Shown piece by piece: positions 1 through 9,092 of a DNA stretch of 64,000 nt. The notes under the pieces are model-generated. The model made no database searches, had not been told where the DNA came from, and was given only the letters and a program-made list of their open reading frames with translations. Both the position numbers and the translations under genes were made by a program. Every line of letters begins with the position of its first letter. The first letter of the stretch is position 1. Source of the stretch: Candidatus Altimarinota bacterium (GTDB lineage Bacteria; Patescibacteriota; Gracilibacteria; CAIRYL01); contig OZ252287.1 of the NCBI GenBank assembly GCA_965250085.1, positions 1 to 64,000 of the forward strand. Direction: 5' to 3'.

Positions 1-106
1 TATTTCGGAAGTCAAAGACAATACAGTAGATTTTTTTAAAAACATCATTCCATAAAAAAAGTTTTGAGAATTTGAAGATTTTTGGAGTAGAAGAAAGGCA
101 GGATGC

Positions 107-135
107 TTGATTTAATATAAATTAAGTGTTATAAT
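107..135 (+). promoter_or_regulatory. sigma70-type promoter of the PIN-domain gene
   Basis: TTGATT(107-112), 17 nt spacer, TATAAT(130-135) with TG-N extended -10. Confidence 0.6.
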
Positions 136-196
136 TATAGCATAAGCAAATACTTCTCTCTCGCAAAGGACTTCTATTTTTTCTTCGTGTATACGT

Positions 197-2080
197 ATGG
201 ATAAACTCCTTCATGTTGTTCCGCTGTTTCATGCTTGCTTTGCAGAAAAGAAGAGAGAAAACATCTTTCCTTCTGCAATAGTATTTTTCCTTCCAAAAAA
301 AGGGATTTCTCGAAAGAAGCTAGAGGAAAAAGTTTCTAAAGGACTCAATATAGCAATTTCATCCTCCGAATTTAAGGAAGTCTTGTACATGTGTTATACC
401 CGAAAATGGATACACATAGACAAAAATTATATTACCTTGCTTGCAAAAGGAAGAGATCAACAGGGACAGATACAAATGTTTTATAAAAGACGCCGGAAAG
501 AAATCTCTGAATTTCTCAAAAATGTTCAAAAAGACATGAATTTTCTTATTCCAAAAGAAAAACTACAAGAAAGAATGGAAGAGTTCTTTTTTCCTGAAGA
601 AACTGACATACATCAAATGACACATCGCATTTACAGCACCAAAACATCTCCAGATGACGAAGTAAATGCCCATATCCTTACATACATTCAAGATTCGAAA
701 AAAACGAATCTTGAACGCTATAAAATGTTTGAAAAACTGGCACAGATAGCGTATCTCTATATGGCTCTTCGATGTCATGAAATTTCAGTTTTTCATATAG
801 AGAAGGAGGCACCTCTTGATATTTACGTAGACACCAATATTGTATTTAGCCTTCTGGGATTTCATGATGAAGTTTTGAATGCTCCAGTTCAAAAATTATT
901 TGAAGTTCTCAAAGCCCATAAGGAATATAATCTTAAGATTTTTGATTTTACCCTGGATGAGATCAAGCGTGTTTTAGCAGGATATCATCATGCTTATGAT
1001 GGATATAAAACTCACATCCCAGTTGCATCTATTTATCATCAATTCAAGAAACAAAAGATAGATCCTTATCGAATGCAGAAAGATATATTGCCACATCTCG
1101 AAGAAAGACTCTTGAGTGATTTTGGAATTAAAATCATCTCATTAGGTGTGGACTTACTTGAAAAAAATATTCCGCTCACCAAAATACAAAGACTACGTGA
1201 AATAAAAGGGAAAATTTCAGATGAAGAAAGAGATGCTGTCGAAGACATCTCTTCTCGGCATGATCTTTTTGCTATCAGCACTATCAAAAAATTTAGAGAT
1301 AATCGTAAAAAATATTCTCTGGAGGAGAGCAAAGCTCTTTTTCTCACCGCAGATGGGGCACTGAGTTTCTTTAATTTTCACGAGCACCATCATGCTCATC
1401 TCAATTCATTTCCCGAAGTAGTGCACTATGCTACATTTTCTCCACTTATATGGGCACATCATTTTATAGAATCCACAGAACTGCCTCTCCTAAATATTTT
1501 GGCAGGAGTACGCCACGGGTTTTTTATAGATGTGAATGTTTGGGAGACACTCTGTAGTCAAATGCAGAGAATGCTTCAGGAAGGGAGATATACAGAAAAA
1601 GAATTGTCGCAGGTGTTACAAAATGAAGTATTACAACAAAATATACGATTGGTGCATCCCAGTGAAATCACCCTCTCGTTTTTTAAAGAAATGAAAGAAT
1701 ATGAAGAAAAAAATTCTGAAAAAACAAAGAGTTCTCATTATAAAAAACTTCTTTCTACTTCCGAAAAGGGAGCGACTTTGTGTATACAGATGATTTCTCT
1801 GGGGCTTCTTTTTGCTGTTTCCTATCTGTGTTATAGAGCTATGTCCTTTTTGGACAAGTGGTGGACATATCTTGAGGCCGATTTTGCCGTCATAACATTT
1901 TGGATCTTTGCACTGAGTTTTATACTTCACTTCGGTTTTGGTATAACTTGGCACCCCATTCATTTTCGAAAGAAAATGCATCAATTTTTTTCTCACTATT
2001 TGTATCGGGTGTTTAAGTCATTTTTTCCACCAGAATCAAAAGACACGACAGAACTCGATATTGCTTCAAAATGGAGCTAA
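197..2080 (+). CDS. PIN-like nuclease domain protein with N-terminal wHTH-like region and two C-terminal TM helices
   Basis: 627-aa ORF; PIN-like acidic motifs IYVDTN, FTLDEI, RHD, FLTAD; two hydrophobic segments near the C-terminus. Confidence 0.6.
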   Translation: MDKLLHVVPLFHACFAEKKRENIFPSAIVFFLPKKGISRKKLEEKVSKGLNIAISSSEFKEVLYMCYTRKWIHIDKNYITLLAKGRDQQGQIQMFYKRRRKEISEFLKNVQKDMNFLIPKEKLQERMEEFFFPEETDIHQMTHRIYSTKTSPDDEVNAHILTYIQDSKKTNLERYKMFEKLAQIAYLYMALRCHEISVFHIEKEAPLDIYVDTNIVFSLLGFHDEVLNAPVQKLFEVLKAHKEYNLKIFDFTLDEIKRVLAGYHHAYDGYKTHIPVASIYHQFKKQKIDPYRMQKDILPHLEERLLSDFGIKIISLGVDLLEKNIPLTKIQRLREIKGKISDEERDAVEDISSRHDLFAISTIKKFRDNRKKYSLEESKALFLTADGALSFFNFHEHHHAHLNSFPEVVHYATFSPLIWAHHFIESTELPLLNILAGVRHGFFIDVNVWETLCSQMQRMLQEGRYTEKELSQVLQNEVLQQNIRLVHPSEITLSFFKEMKEYEEKNSEKTKSSHYKKLLSTSEKGATLCIQMISLGLLFAVSYLCYRAMSFLDKWWTYLEADFAVITFWIFALSFILHFGFGITWHPIHFRKKMHQFFSHYLYRVFKSFFPPESKDTTELDIASKWS

Positions 2081-2216
2081 CATGATGCATGTATGAAGCA
2101 AAAAAAATCCACTGCGTAATTTGGGAAAAATTTCTACCAAATGGCGAGTAGCAAATAGAAAAGTTGATAAACCTTGTTATTTCTGTAATAATCATAGAGG
2201 TTTTGATTATTTTCTT

Positions 2217-2441
2217 ATGACATCAAAAGAACAGAGGGATCCAGAAGGACTTTTTGAATCACCAGCAATAGAAGCATCAGGGGGGGATGGACTTGAGGCA
2301 AGTGATCACAGAGACCCTACATTAGAAGAGAGATCTTCAGGATGGAGTCATGCCGTTCCTCCTCAGAGACGTACTCATACTGAACTACAAAAAATTGCGG
2401 CAGCTTCAAGAGAAATTACAGAAAAAACCATTGAGACTTAG
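2217..2441 (+). CDS. small acidic hypothetical protein (ORFan)
   Basis: in-frame ATG at 2217 within track ORF 2121..2441; converges on and overlaps the rluD stop. Confidence 0.45.
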   Translation: MTSKEQRDPEGLFESPAIEASGGDGLEASDHRDPTLEERSSGWSHAVPPQRRTHTELQKIAAASREITEKTIET

Positions 2442-3400
2442 TACTCCAGCATTTTTAGTGTTGCTTCTAGGTCTTTTGGAAGTGGAGCAATATATTCTTT
2501 TTGTTCACCATTCGGAAGAGTCATTATGAGTTTTTTGGCATGGAGAAATACTCTTTGTAAGGGGAAGCTTTTCTGAAATGATGTATTTTGCTTCTCATTT
2601 CCATAGAGTGGATCACAGACTACTGGGTGTCCAACAGATGAAAGATGTACTCGGATTTGATGCGTGCGTCCGGTGATGATCTGCACATCGAGTAAGATAC
2701 AGAGAGGATCGGTATATATTTCTTTTAATTTTATGTGAGTGAGTGCTTCCCGAGCATGTTTGGCGCTAGATATTGCCATTTTTTTCCGATTATTCGGATC
2801 ACGAGCAATGGGGGAGTCTACGCTAAATGTTTCATGTTTTCCTTTGCCAAACACGAGTGCGGTGTAAAATTTTTGCACTTTCCGCTCTGCAATCTGCTCA
2901 GAAAGATATCGATGGGCCATATTATTTTTTGCCACCATGATGACTCCAGAAGTATCTTTATCAAGCCGATGCACAATGCCAGGGCGGCGCACACCACCAA
3001 TGCCCGAGAGGTTCTGAGGTCCAAAATGTCCAAGGAGAGCATTCACTAACGTGCCAGATGTATAGGTATTATCTGGATGTACTACCATGCCAGCAGGCTT
3101 GTTGACTACGATCATATCGTTATCTTCGTACAGAATATCCAGCGAGATACCTTCTGGTGCAATCTCTAGATTTTTGGGCTCGGGAATGAGTACTTCTACT
3201 GTAACGTCTTCTTTTAACTCATAGGCCGGCTTGGTAATGACTTTTTCGCCTACATATACTTGATTTTCTTTGATGAGTTTCTGGCAAAAAGTACGAGAAA
3301 GGTCAGTGCTTTCTGCTAAAAATTGATCCAAACGCTTCTCATCATCTTCCTCAGCAGTGAGAAAGATCTTTTTGTTACTACCATTATCTTTTAAAGACAC
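2438..3400 (-). CDS. rluD: RluA/RluD family 23S rRNA pseudouridine synthase
   Basis: S4 domain (RLDQFL), NKPAGMVVHP, catalytic HRLDKDTSG, TGRTHQIRVH. Confidence 0.92.
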   Translation of the reverse strand: MSLKDNGSNKKIFLTAEEDDEKRLDQFLAESTDLSRTFCQKLIKENQVYVGEKVITKPAYELKEDVTVEVLIPEPKNLEIAPEGISLDILYEDNDMIVVNKPAGMVVHPDNTYTSGTLVNALLGHFGPQNLSGIGGVRRPGIVHRLDKDTSGVIMVAKNNMAHRYLSEQIAERKVQKFYTALVFGKGKHETFSVDSPIARDPNNRKKMAISSAKHAREALTHIKLKEIYTDPLCILLDVQIITGRTHQIRVHLSSVGHPVVCDPLYGNEKQNTSFQKSFPLQRVFLHAKKLIMTLPNGEQKEYIAPLPKDLEATLKMLEY

Positions 3401-3444
3401 TTGTTTTGTGCAAAAATTCTAAACGAAGTGTAAATTTAAAATTC

Positions 3445-3465
3445 AAAATTTAACATTCAAAATTT
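3445..3465 (+). repeat. AT-rich heptamer-type repeat, identical copy at 50904-50924
   Basis: AAAATTTAACATTCAAAATTT just 5' of the tyrS ATG and the aroC GTG; related copy at 47084-47116. Confidence 0.75.
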
Positions 3466-3470
3466 TTTCT

Positions 3471-4664
3471 ATGTCCAAAGATCAGGAAATCGCCGAATTG
3501 CTCAATAGAGGGGTCGCTGAAATAAATATTCGAGAAGATCTCGAAAAAAAACTACGTTCTGGAAAAAAACTTCGCATAAAATTTGGAATTGATCCGACAG
3601 GAAGTGAATTGCACATTGGTCATGCAGTTCCGCTTCAAAAACTGGCACAGTTCCAAAAACTGGGACACACAGTGATTCTCCTCATAGGAGATTACACGGC
3701 TAAAGTTGGTGATCCCACTGGAAAATCAGAGACAAGACCGATGCTTACAGATGAACAGATTCAAGAGAACATGAAGGATTACGTGGATCAAGCAGGAAAA
3801 ATCCTGGATATTTCAAAGGCAGAGATCAGATATAATTCCGAATGGTTTAATGAAATATCAATGACAGAGATCATAAAAATTGCGAGTACAAGAACTGTAT
3901 CTCAAATCTTACATCGAAAAGATTTTCGAAATAGGATGGAACAAGACGTTGATATTGCTCTGAGCGAGCTGATGTATCCTATTATGCAAGGATATGATTC
4001 AGTAGCATTGAAAGCAGATGTCGAAATAGGAGGAACAGATCAACTCTTTAATCTCATGGTAGGAAGAGCAGTGCAGAAACAATATGATCAGGTTCCTCAA
4101 GATGTCCTTACGGTTCCAATTCTTGAAGGACTCGATGGAGTCGAAAAAATGTCAAAATCACTTGATAATTACATCGGGGTTACAGAGTCTTCAAAGGAAA
4201 TGTTTGGAAAGACAATGTCGATTCCGGACGATATGATCATTCGTTACTTTGAATTGGCGACCACCGTGTCCATGGAAGAGATTGCAGAGATCAAGAAGCA
4301 ACTGGAATCTGGAGAGAATCCTCGCAATCTCAAAGTTAGGCTCGCAAAAGAAATTGTGACGTTTTATCACGACGCAAAAGCCGCTGATCAGGCGGAAGAA
4401 GAGTTTACTCGCATGTTTGCGGACAAAGGAAAACCGGATGATATGCCGCAGGTTTCAATTCCTAAAGGGGAGTATTCTGTGCTTGATTTGGTGATCAAAA
4501 GCAAGCTGTGTGCTTCCAATTCTGATGCTCGCCGGATGATTCAATCTGGCGCGGTGAAGGTTGATGATGTGAAGAAGGAAGATATGGAAGAGATGATTTC
4601 AGTTCACAAAAATATAGTCCTGCAGGTAGGGAAGAGGAAGTTTTGTGAGCTTGTTGTTTCATAA
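3471..4664 (+). CDS. tyrS: tyrosine--tRNA ligase
   Basis: GIDPTGSELHIGH, GGTDQ, KMSKS, C-terminal S4 domain (QVGKRKF). Confidence 0.97.
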   Translation: MSKDQEIAELLNRGVAEINIREDLEKKLRSGKKLRIKFGIDPTGSELHIGHAVPLQKLAQFQKLGHTVILLIGDYTAKVGDPTGKSETRPMLTDEQIQENMKDYVDQAGKILDISKAEIRYNSEWFNEISMTEIIKIASTRTVSQILHRKDFRNRMEQDVDIALSELMYPIMQGYDSVALKADVEIGGTDQLFNLMVGRAVQKQYDQVPQDVLTVPILEGLDGVEKMSKSLDNYIGVTESSKEMFGKTMSIPDDMIIRYFELATTVSMEEIAEIKKQLESGENPRNLKVRLAKEIVTFYHDAKAADQAEEEFTRMFADKGKPDDMPQVSIPKGEYSVLDLVIKSKLCASNSDARRMIQSGAVKVDDVKKEDMEEMISVHKNIVLQVGKRKFCELVVS

Positions 4665-4669
4665 GTGCC

Positions 4670-5068
4670 ATGACAAATGAAGAACTCATTACACTCGCGG
4701 CATCCGTCGTGAATTCAAAAAAGATGGGAGATAATACATCTGGAGATGTTGGATGTGGTCTATTGTCAGACAAAGGTAATGTGTACACTGGTGTGTGTAT
4801 TGATACCATTTCAGGAATGGGTTTTTGTGCTGAACACACTGCTATTGCGACCATGGTGACAGCTGGCGAATACACTATTCAAAAGATTGTTGCTGTTTGG
4901 AAAAACGAGGATGGTGATGTGCATATACTCCATCCATGTGGGAGATGTCGTGAATTTATGCGTCAAATAGATAAAAATAATATGGAAGCAGAGATTATTC
5001 TTGGAAAAGATCGAACTTCAAAACTCAAAGATCTTTTGCCCTACGAAGATGATTTTAGTGAAGTGTGA
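4670..5068 (+). CDS. cdd: cytidine deaminase family protein
   Basis: zinc motifs CAEH and PCGRCRE; 132 aa. Confidence 0.85.
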   Translation: MTNEELITLAASVVNSKKMGDNTSGDVGCGLLSDKGNVYTGVCIDTISGMGFCAEHTAIATMVTAGEYTIQKIVAVWKNEDGDVHILHPCGRCREFMRQIDKNNMEAEIILGKDRTSKLKDLLPYEDDFSEV

Positions 5069-5108
5069 TTTTAAACTTCTATACGCATGAGCAATCGAAT
5101 TCCAATTT

Positions 5109-5282
5109 GTTGGTTCAGATTTGTAATCTGAACCTTCATGTTTCAATACAATGAGTCTTCGTTCACGCAAAGAATTTTTTTCAAAGCTATGGTTCAAGTT
5201 TGCAAACTTGAACCAACGAGATTTACTTTGTTGGAGCAACTGTGTCCCAAAGGGACGACTTGGTCGGACGGATTGCTCCAAC
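5109..5282. repeat. cluster of REP-like palindromes (REP doublet plus a third inverted repeat)
   Basis: GGTTCAGATT-tgt-AATCTGAACC (5112-5134), GGTTCAAGTTT-gc-AAACTTGAACC (5191-5214), GTTGGAGCAA...TTGCTCCAAC (5230-5282). Confidence 0.75.
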
Positions 5283-5375
5283 TACTGTTAGCAATTTTTT
5301 TTTAACATTCAGATTTCAAGTTTATTTTTACATTTTACATTTTATATTTTACATTGGAGACGTCTGTGAAGATAT

Positions 5376-5406
5376 AAATCCCCTTTATCCCCTTTATCAA
5401 GGGGAC
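5376..5406. repeat. CCCCTT-N-AAGGGG REP-like hairpin
   Basis: aaatcccctttatcccctttatcaaggggac; related to copies at 8620, 13451 and 42496. Confidence 0.6.
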
Positions 5407-5414
5407 TTATAAAC

Positions 5415-6521
5415 ATGAAAATAGCTTGGCTTCCCAAAACTCATCGGCATGAAAAAATATTTGGTCTCGATGCGTTTCGTGGCATAGCCGCGATGCTGGT
5501 ACTCCTCTTTCATTTTTGGACTATTTATTGGAATGAGAAACCTATTTCTCTGTTTGGATTTGATGTCACGACTCCATTTGCTGCCGGGCATATAGGGGTG
5601 GATATGTTTTTTGTGATTTCAGGCTTCTTGGTATTTCTTTCTCTCATTCGTAGCTCTTCCATCGCCTCTTATATTCACAAACGGTTCTGGCGCATTGTGC
5701 CGTTGGCGGTGTTTTTTACGGTGAGTATATTCCTCATCAATCAAGATTTTTCTTCACTGGGGATCAAAAATCTGATTACTCATCTCTCCTTCACGCAATC
5801 CTTCTTTTTTGACACGGCAAAGGGTCTCAATCCCGTGATGTGGACTCTTACGGTAGAAATGCTGTTTTATGCTTTGCTTCCGATTCTTTTGTGGCTGGGG
5901 AGGCGCAAGCTCTGGCATTTTTGGTTTTTTCTTCTCGCCCTTACGGCGGCTAACTTCTTCTATCGATACTGGCTTATAGATTTTTTTGCGCATTGGAACG
6001 CGATGGAGAGAATTTTTTATTCCGAACAGCTCTGGGGACGATTTGATCAGTTTGTTTTGGGTATTGGGCTTGGAAATATATGGATATTTCGAGATAAAAT
6101 ACGACTTACTCTACAAAAATGTAGTTCAATATATATACTTCTGGGTCTTGTCGGATTTTTTGTGAGCGTCACTCTGTTTGCAGAACTGGGAAGCAGCTTT
6201 CGTGACTCGACTTTTCTTCAGGTCTTTCTTCATTTTTTTGTAGGACTGAGTTTCGCTCTTTTTCTCCTGGGATACCTCTTTACTTCGCGCAAAATTCAAC
6301 AGATCTTTGCTCCCAAATTCATTCTTTTTCTCGGTCTCATCTCCTATAGCATCTACCTCTGGCACTTCCCCGTGATACTTCAGCTTCACAAACACTATCC
6401 TGATCCTATATGGGGAGCAGTGTTTTCCATCGGTGGTACCATTGCCCTCTCTACACTTTCATTCTTCCTGATCGAGAAACCGTTTCTCAAGAAGAAACAT
6501 GCGGGGAAGATTGGGTTTTAA
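5415..6521 (+). CDS. acyltransferase family 3 (OafA-like O-acyltransferase)
   Basis: LDAFRGIAAMLVLLFH, GVDMFFVISGF, RFWRIVP, WTLTVEMLFY, GLISYSIYLWH; about 10 TM helices. Confidence 0.92.
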   Translation: MKIAWLPKTHRHEKIFGLDAFRGIAAMLVLLFHFWTIYWNEKPISLFGFDVTTPFAAGHIGVDMFFVISGFLVFLSLIRSSSIASYIHKRFWRIVPLAVFFTVSIFLINQDFSSLGIKNLITHLSFTQSFFFDTAKGLNPVMWTLTVEMLFYALLPILLWLGRRKLWHFWFFLLALTAANFFYRYWLIDFFAHWNAMERIFYSEQLWGRFDQFVLGIGLGNIWIFRDKIRLTLQKCSSIYILLGLVGFFVSVTLFAELGSSFRDSTFLQVFLHFFVGLSFALFLLGYLFTSRKIQQIFAPKFILFLGLISYSIYLWHFPVILQLHKHYPDPIWGAVFSIGGTIALSTLSFFLIEKPFLKKKHAGKIGF

Positions 6522-6958
6522 CCTTCTTTTGATTTTGCATCTCTATAGCCAATAACGTTTCCAGTATCATCTTTTACGAGACCTATCTCACTTCTCATTA
6601 ACGCCAGATTGACCATTTGCATTACCCGTCCAAAGCAATTGTCCCTTGTTGATTCTCCACAAATATCCAGATAATTATGTGGATCATCCAGAGAGTCAAA
6701 AAATTCTAAGATTCTTTCCTTGAGAGGCAAACGTTTACAGTCAATTATATAAAGAGCTTCAAACATTTTCCTGAGTCTTTCTTCAAGCTCTTCTCGACTA
6801 ACTGTCATTGGCTCAGATGACAAAGACAAGCTATCGAGAAGTTCTTGAGCAGTATTCCTAGCCACTTCATCTATAGTTTTCTCCGGCAAATCATTCCATT
6901 TTACAAGTATTTCGTATCCTTCTTGACCGCTGTTGATTTTTTCAGGAACAATATTCAT
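6518..6958 (-). CDS. hypothetical protein (ORFan)
   Basis: 146-aa ATG ORF directly downstream of the TraC-like gene; no recognisable motif. Confidence 0.6.
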   Translation of the reverse strand: MNIVPEKINSGQEGYEILVKWNDLPEKTIDEVARNTAQELLDSLSLSSEPMTVSREELEERLRKMFEALYIIDCKRLPLKERILEFFDSLDDPHNYLDICGESTRDNCFGRVMQMVNLALMRSEIGLVKDDTGNVIGYRDAKSKEG

Positions 6959-6966
6959 AAGAATTA

Positions 6967-7665
6967 TTAATTTGGCAAAACATCATACTCTCCAAGTGCA
7001 GCGAGTTTTTCACTTCGAGAAGTTTCTGGATTATAGATCTGATAAAAGAGTTCTACCAATTGCTGAGTATCCAGTTGCTGGACTTGCAGACCACAATTTT
7101 CCAGACCTACTTTGACCACACTTACTCTTTGAGAAAGACCTTTTCTCAGACTCTCAAATTCACGATGGCGTTGTCTGATTTTGGGTAATGAGTCTGCTGG
7201 AGTGATGAAGTTTATAAATTTTTGAAAAATATTTCTACTCTGAGCTCTCAGCGGATCATACGGCACAATGACATAAAAGTTTTTTTCCATGATGTCGGCG
7301 TATTCTACAAGCTTTTTAATATAATCATGATATTCTAAGGTTTGCTTTTGGAGCAGATGATTTTCCTGTTTTTCAGCAATTGTTTCCAGGTTTTCTAAAT
7401 ATCCATCAATATCCAGTTTGCGTGATCGAATCACAATTTGAACCGGAAACTCGAGTGTGTTAAGAAATCCCTGATAGGCATAAATGATGGAGTTTTGCTC
7501 TGTTTCGGACTTCAGATTAAAATTTACACTTGATGTTTGCAACACCGCTCTTACTCCACTATTTTTGAGAACAAGTGCGCTATCTTTGATTTCTGCAATA
7601 GGCAAATAGAGCTGAGTGCTCCCTTTTGTATTTCCTTTTTTTTGTTTTACGCTTTTGTCGTTCAT
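6967..7665 (-). CDS. TraC/VirB4-associated protein of the CPR PrgI cluster
   Basis: STQLYLPIAEIKD, SSVNFNLKSETEQ, FLNTLEFPVQIVIRSR, FYVIVPY, LFYQIYNP; downstream of prgI. Confidence 0.75.
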   Translation of the reverse strand: MNDKSVKQKKGNTKGSTQLYLPIAEIKDSALVLKNSGVRAVLQTSSVNFNLKSETEQNSIIYAYQGFLNTLEFPVQIVIRSRKLDIDGYLENLETIAEKQENHLLQKQTLEYHDYIKKLVEYADIMEKNFYVIVPYDPLRAQSRNIFQKFINFITPADSLPKIRQRHREFESLRKGLSQRVSVVKVGLENCGLQVQQLDTQQLVELFYQIYNPETSRSEKLAALGEYDVLPN

Positions 7666-7790
7666 GGGAGGAAAGTAAATAAGTTGTAAGTGAGAAAGCT
7701 TTTAGCTGTTAGCCATTAGCTTGTAGCAATTTTTTTAAAATTAATATTTAGAATTTATTTGAAAATTAAAAATTGAAAATTTCATTCTCG

Positions 7791-8561
7791 CTACGAGAAT
7801 GACACCTGTCCTCCTCCGGTCATATCAGAAAAGTCGACTTCTCCAGTATCTTGAAGAGAATTGGGTATTGGGGGAACGGTATCAGAAGAAGGAGCTTTGG
7901 TATCAGGTGGAAGTGATGGTCTTGATGGCGATGCTTTTCTGTCAGCAGATACTTCTGGTTTTTTCTGAAGAACTTCTTTTTTTTGAGCTATTTTTTGCAA
8001 AGTTTTCTCGAGTCTTTTTTCATGACGCTCTTTTTCTTCTGCAGTCAGATGTAGAGAATCATCTGCAGTATGATCGCTCGGAAGACTTTTGTCTCCTTCT
8101 TCAAATGGACTGCTATGATCAAGTACTTGGGTGAGCTCTTCGAGAGAGGAATATTTCTTTTTTCCAGGGACATCTTTTTGTCCTGCTTTTTTAATTCCTT
8201 TCTTTTTTTTCTTATCACTTCCTCCAGTTTTGGCAGTCACAAATGAATAGTGCAATCGTGCAGTTTCATTCTTGTCCCACCGGCGTTTTCGGGCATTATG
8301 ATTAAACTCATAAATAAGCAATATCCATTTCAAAAAACTTACATCGTTGATTTTCAAAAAGGCAAAAGCCAGTGAACAAAAAAGAGGAATGCAAATCCAA
8401 AAATAATCAAACATGCTCAGAAAATAGCTTTCACTGGTAAGAAGAAAAATTACATATGAAATTCCACCTCCAGCAGCTACTATAAGCAGTTGTTTGAGTG
8501 TAAGCGGACCAATGATCTTGTCCGCAATTTGTACATCCTGTGGAATCTTGTACTGAAGCAC
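7791..8561 (-). CDS. PrgI family membrane protein
   Basis: QYKIPQDVQIADKIIGPLTLKQ followed by two TM helices and a charged tail; GTG start chosen at 8561. Confidence 0.85.
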   Translation of the reverse strand: MLQYKIPQDVQIADKIIGPLTLKQLLIVAAGGGISYVIFLLTSESYFLSMFDYFWICIPLFCSLAFAFLKINDVSFLKWILLIYEFNHNARKRRWDKNETARLHYSFVTAKTGGSDKKKKKGIKKAGQKDVPGKKKYSSLEELTQVLDHSSPFEEGDKSLPSDHTADDSLHLTAEEKERHEKRLEKTLQKIAQKKEVLQKKPEVSADRKASPSRPSLPPDTKAPSSDTVPPIPNSLQDTGEVDFSDMTGGGQVSFS

Positions 8562-8619
8562 GAGGCGAGTTATAAAGTTCAAAAGTTTGCAAAGTTCATA
8601 AAGTCAGGAGTTTTTTGTC

Positions 8620-8692
8620 CTCCCCTTTGTAAAAGGGGAGCTAGAGGAGATTTTTTTACGCCTCCCTTGGAAAGGGAGGTTAGGTGGGTTTA
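8620..8692. repeat. two REP-like hairpins, including the empty form of the CCTCCCTT-N3-AAGGGAGG unit
   Basis: CTCCCCTTT-gta-AAAGGGGAG and CCTCCCTT-gga-AAGGGAGG-TTAGGTGGGTTTA. Confidence 0.75.
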
Positions 8693-8780
8693 TATTCCAC
8701 AAATTCTCCTCATTATACGCGAAAATGGCTTTTTTTTCAACAAAAAAGCACTATCTTCTCTTTTTCACAGTTCCTCAATC

Positions 8781-9092
8781 CTACTTTTCAGAATCATGAT
8801 GAAACATCTCTTCAACCATTCTAAACAAAGAGGCGACTTTCCTATGAATAGATGCAGAAAGATTATGTCGCAATGAGCCAAAGTTTGCTAAAGGACCAGG
8901 GTGGTCAATATAGCGCTGCTGATACAAACTTCGACCAGTTTCATTAGGCTCGTTCACCATTTCTATTGAGTAATATTTGTGTACAGAGTCTTCTTCATCG
9001 GAAAAGATGTCAAGAGATTTTTGAATAGAAACATTACTGAATCTATTCAAACTCAAAAATCCCCTCATTCGAGCCTGAGCATGAGAACTCAT
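8781..9092 (-). CDS. possible hypothetical protein
   Basis: 103-aa ORF filling the gap upstream of mnmA; its start lies inside a repeat, so the true start is uncertain. Confidence 0.3.
   Translation of the reverse strand: MSSHAQARMRGFLSLNRFSNVSIQKSLDIFSDEEDSVHKYYSIEMVNEPNETGRSLYQQRYIDHPGPLANFGSLRHNLSASIHRKVASLFRMVEEMFHHDSEK

Noticed and set aside
5018-5281. 87-aa minus-strand ORF
   Set aside because: Consists of translated REP palindromes and overlaps cdd
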